NCBI GenBank assembly: GCA_044229975.1
Contig: JBGARZ010000021.1
Span: 64,001 to 128,000 of the forward strand
DNA: 64,000 nt
From: Polyangiales bacterium
Lineage (GTDB): Bacteria; Myxococcota_A; Polyangia; Polyangiales; Ga0077539
Direction: 5' to 3'
Notes under the pieces: generated by a model
Told to the model about the DNA's origin: nothing
The model's database searches: none
Seen by the model: only the letters and a program-made list of their open reading frames with translations
Shown here: one piece after another, positions 61,475 to 64,000 of the stretch
Layout of the letters: each line of letters begins with the position of its first letter
Numbering within the stretch: the stretch's first letter is position 1
Program-made: the position numbers and the translations under genes

Positions 61475-62368
61475 ATGATGGTCAACAACCGCGGCTCGCT
61501 CTTCGGGCTGCTCGCGTGGCAGTGGCGCAACTCCCTCGTCTTCATCGCGGCCGGCGCCGTCGCCCCGGTGATCCACGCTCACGTGGGCTGGACCCACCTC
61601 ACGCTCCCCTCGACGCCCATCGCCGTTGTCGGCGGCGCCATCGGCATCTTCACCAGCTTCCGCACCAACCACTGCTACGCGCGCTGGTGGGAGGGCAGGC
61701 AGCTCTGGGGGCGGCTCATCAACAACGCCCGCGACCTCGCCTCGCTCGCCGTCGCCACGCTCCCACCCGACACGGCCCGCGCGCTCGTCCGTCGGCAGAT
61801 CGCCTTCGCCCACCTCCTGCGCTGCTCGCTCCGCGACGAGGACCCCTTCGTCGACGCGGATGTCATCGCCTTCACCGAAGAGGGCGAGCGCAGCGCCCTC
61901 GCGCGCGAGCGCAACCCCGCCTACGCCATACTGCACACGCAGCGCGTGACGGTGACCCGCGCCGCCGACGAGGACGCGCTCCCCGAGCTGCGCCTCCAGG
62001 CCTTCGATCGCATCCTGGGCAACCTCCACGACGTGCAGGGCGGCTGCGAGCGCATCAAGAAGACGCCCTTTCCCAAGGGCTACGGCTTCATCGCCGAGCG
62101 GCTCATCCTGGCCTTCGGGTGCCTCTTGCCCTTCGCGCTCGTGCGCGACCTCGGGTGGTTCACCATCCCGATGAACCTCCTCGTGTGTCTCTCGTTTGCG
62201 CTCATCAGCGAGGCGGGGCGGGTGCTCGAAGATCCGTTCACGATGTTCTTCAACGGGCTGCCGCTGTCGGCGATGTCGAAGACCATCGAGGTCAACCTGC
62301 GTCAGCGGCTCGGCGAGACCGACGTCCCCGCGATTCCGAAGCCCGACGCTCGCGGCATCCTCATGTAG
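61475..62368 (+). CDS. Bestrophin family (YneE-like) channel
   Basis: FRTNHCYARWWEGRQLWG, GGCERIKKTPFP, LEDPF. Confidence 0.92.
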   Translation: MMVNNRGSLFGLLAWQWRNSLVFIAAGAVAPVIHAHVGWTHLTLPSTPIAVVGGAIGIFTSFRTNHCYARWWEGRQLWGRLINNARDLASLAVATLPPDTARALVRRQIAFAHLLRCSLRDEDPFVDADVIAFTEEGERSALARERNPAYAILHTQRVTVTRAADEDALPELRLQAFDRILGNLHDVQGGCERIKKTPFPKGYGFIAERLILAFGCLLPFALVRDLGWFTIPMNLLVCLSFALISEAGRVLEDPFTMFFNGLPLSAMSKTIEVNLRQRLGETDVPAIPKPDARGILM

Positions 62369-62393
62369 ACGAGGTGAACGCTCGTGGTCGGTG

Positions 62394-62755
62394 GGGCCCA
62401 CGCCGCGGCGTCCGGGCGGCGCGCACCGGTCAGGCCCGCAGTGGGTAGGGCCCACGCCGCGGCGTCAGCGCGGCGCGCAGCGGTCAGGCCCGCAGTCACC
62501 GGGGCTACGCCGCAGCGTCAGCGCGGCGCGCACCGGTCAGGCCCGCAGTCACAGTCCGGACCAACATCGATCAACGGACGGCAGGCGACTGGGGCCTGAC
62601 CGGTGCGCGCCGCGCTGACGCCGCGGCGTGGGCTCTACCCACTGCGGGCCTGACCGTTGCGCGCCGCGCTGACGCCGCGGCGTGGGCGCCGGGGACTGCG
62701 GGCCTGACCGCTGCGCGCCGGGCTGACGCTGCGGCGTGGGGCGCCGGTGACTGTG
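62394..62755. repeat. Palindromic array: three ~53-54-bp units, unique spacer, three inverted units
   Basis: Unit core CACGCCGCGGCGTCAGCGCGGCGCGCA(C/G)CGGTCAGGCCCGCAGT ends at 62442, 62496 and 62549; reverse-complement copies start near 62588, 62641 and 62695. Confidence 0.88.
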
Positions 62756-62822
62756 TACCCAAAACGTCGCGCCGCGATGTCCCGCCGCGATCGTCCGCGG
62801 GGTGTTCTACCCTCGCGACGCC

Positions 62823-63485
62823 GTGCGGGTGCTCCTCGTCGATGACAACGCCGAACTCCGTGAGCTGGTAACCCGCGCGCTCGTCCGCGATGGCCACACC
62901 GTGACGGCGGTCGCCACGGTGGCCGCAGCGCGCCTCTCGCTGGCCGACGGCGCGCCCGAGGTCATCGTGCTCGACCTCGGCCTCCCCGACGGATCAGGCA
63001 TGGACCTCTGCCGCGCCCTCCGCGCCGAGGGCGACCGAACGCCCATCCTCATGCTCACCGCCCAGGGGGCCGTCGCGCGTCGGGTGGAGGGCCTGGAGTC
63101 CGGCGCCGATGACTTCCTCGCCAAGCCCTTCGCGGTGGCGGAGCTGCGGGCGCGGGTGCGCGTGCTCGGTCGACGCGGCCCCTCGGCGTCGCCCACGGTG
63201 TGGCGACAGGGGGGCGTGGCGCTCGACTTCGCGGCGCGGCGGGCGGTGGTCGACGGGGCGGAGGTTCCGTTGACGGCGCGCGAGTGGGCGCTGGTGGAGT
63301 ACCTCGCGGCGCGCGGGGGGAGGGTGGTGCGGCGCGGGGAGATTCTCGACGCGGTGTGGGGTGACGACTCGCCGCAAGCGAGCGCGAGCCTCGATGTGTT
63401 GACGGCGCGGGTGCGACGGAAGCTCGGCGCCGCGACGCTGCGGACGGCGCGCGGCGAGGGCTACGCGCTCGGCGGTGGCGAGTGA
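62823..63485 (+). CDS. OmpR-family response regulator
   Basis: VLLVDD, VLDLGLPDGSG, ILMLTA, GADDFLAKPF, winged helix LTARE...RGEGY. Confidence 0.93.
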   Translation: MRVLLVDDNAELRELVTRALVRDGHTVTAVATVAAARLSLADGAPEVIVLDLGLPDGSGMDLCRALRAEGDRTPILMLTAQGAVARRVEGLESGADDFLAKPFAVAELRARVRVLGRRGPSASPTVWRQGGVALDFAARRAVVDGAEVPLTAREWALVEYLAARGGRVVRRGEILDAVWGDDSPQASASLDVLTARVRRKLGAATLRTARGEGYALGGGE

Positions 63486-64000
63486 GCGCACGCACCATCG
63501 CGCGTCGGGTGGCGCGGGCGATGGCGGCGGCTGCTGCGTTGGCGGGCGTGCTGTCGGCGGTGCTGGCCACGGGCATCGCGTGGACGTCCATGGTCGAACG
63601 CGAAGACCAGCGGCTGCGCGGTGCGGCGCAGACGTTGGCGGTGGAGGTTCCGTCGACGATGGACGACGCGGCGGCGCGCGCCCACGCCGACGACGAGCAG
63701 CGCGAGGTGACGCCCGTCGGGATGCGCATCGCGCTCTACCGCGGCGGTCGCTTCATCGGCGGCGACGCGATGCTGCGGCCCTCCGACGCGGGCGGCTGCC
63801 GCACGATGCCCGATGGGTGGCGGCGCTGTCGGGTGGAGGTTCCGGGGGCGATGGTCGAGGTGACGGGTGACCTCGCGCCGGCGCGGGCCGAGCGCTCGTT
63901 GCTGCTGGGCGCCTCGCTGCTGGCGGCGCTGCTCGCGGGCCTCGCGGGCCTCGCGTTGAGCGGGGTGGTGTCGGCGCGCATCGTGCGGCCCTTGCAGCGG
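63482..64000 (+). CDS. Probable sensor histidine kinase, N-terminal part (runs off window)
   Basis: GTGA overlap with the response regulator; TM, periplasmic loop, TM, then IVRPLQR (HAMP start); kinase core not visible. Confidence 0.72.
   Translation, partial: MSARTIARRVARAMAAAAALAGVLSAVLATGIAWTSMVEREDQRLRGAAQTLAVEVPSTMDDAAARAHADDEQREVTPVGMRIALYRGGRFIGGDAMLRPSDAGGCRTMPDGWRRCRVEVPGAMVEVTGDLAPARAERSLLLGASLLAALLAGLAGLALSGVVSARIVRPLQR

Noticed and set aside
62394..62755. 53-54-bp repeats as a CRISPR array
   Set aside because: Linkers are only a few bases, half of the units are inverted, and no cas genes are present

Overview
Very GC-rich, densely coding bacterial chromosome segment. Its gene content points to Myxococcota, probably Polyangiales-like (inference): four Hanks-type Ser/Thr kinases, a MYXO-CTERM protein, a CorE-like ECF sigma factor and an AgmX/PglI-like domain. 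About 56 CDS can be supported. They include housekeeping and proteostasis genes (leuS, clpS-clpA, a second Clp ATPase with a degenerate first AAA ring, tlyA), a surface-polysaccharide locus (wecB, GT4, asnB, gmd, fcl, methyltransferase, O-antigen-ligase/TPR, wzc) and a divergent copper-homeostasis island. That island carries two back-to-back TGTAAT-N16-CGTC ECF promoters. Three non-coding palindromic or repeat elements are present; no rRNA, tRNA, CRISPR array or transposase was seen. The best candidates for an undescribed system are: (1) an orphan ParA fused to two TRASH/FCS-like Cys4 domains and coupled to a small ribbon-helix-helix-like partner; (2) a translationally coupled three-gene MoxR/RavA operon with two unknown proteins and no vWA gene; (3) a leuS/FemAB-like/clpS/clpA cluster that may be an N-degron module; (4) two small ORFs, a 49-aa basic protein missing from the ORF track and a 44-aa Cys-tail peptide. 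All family calls come from motif recognition by eye; no database search was run. Several start codons are best guesses.
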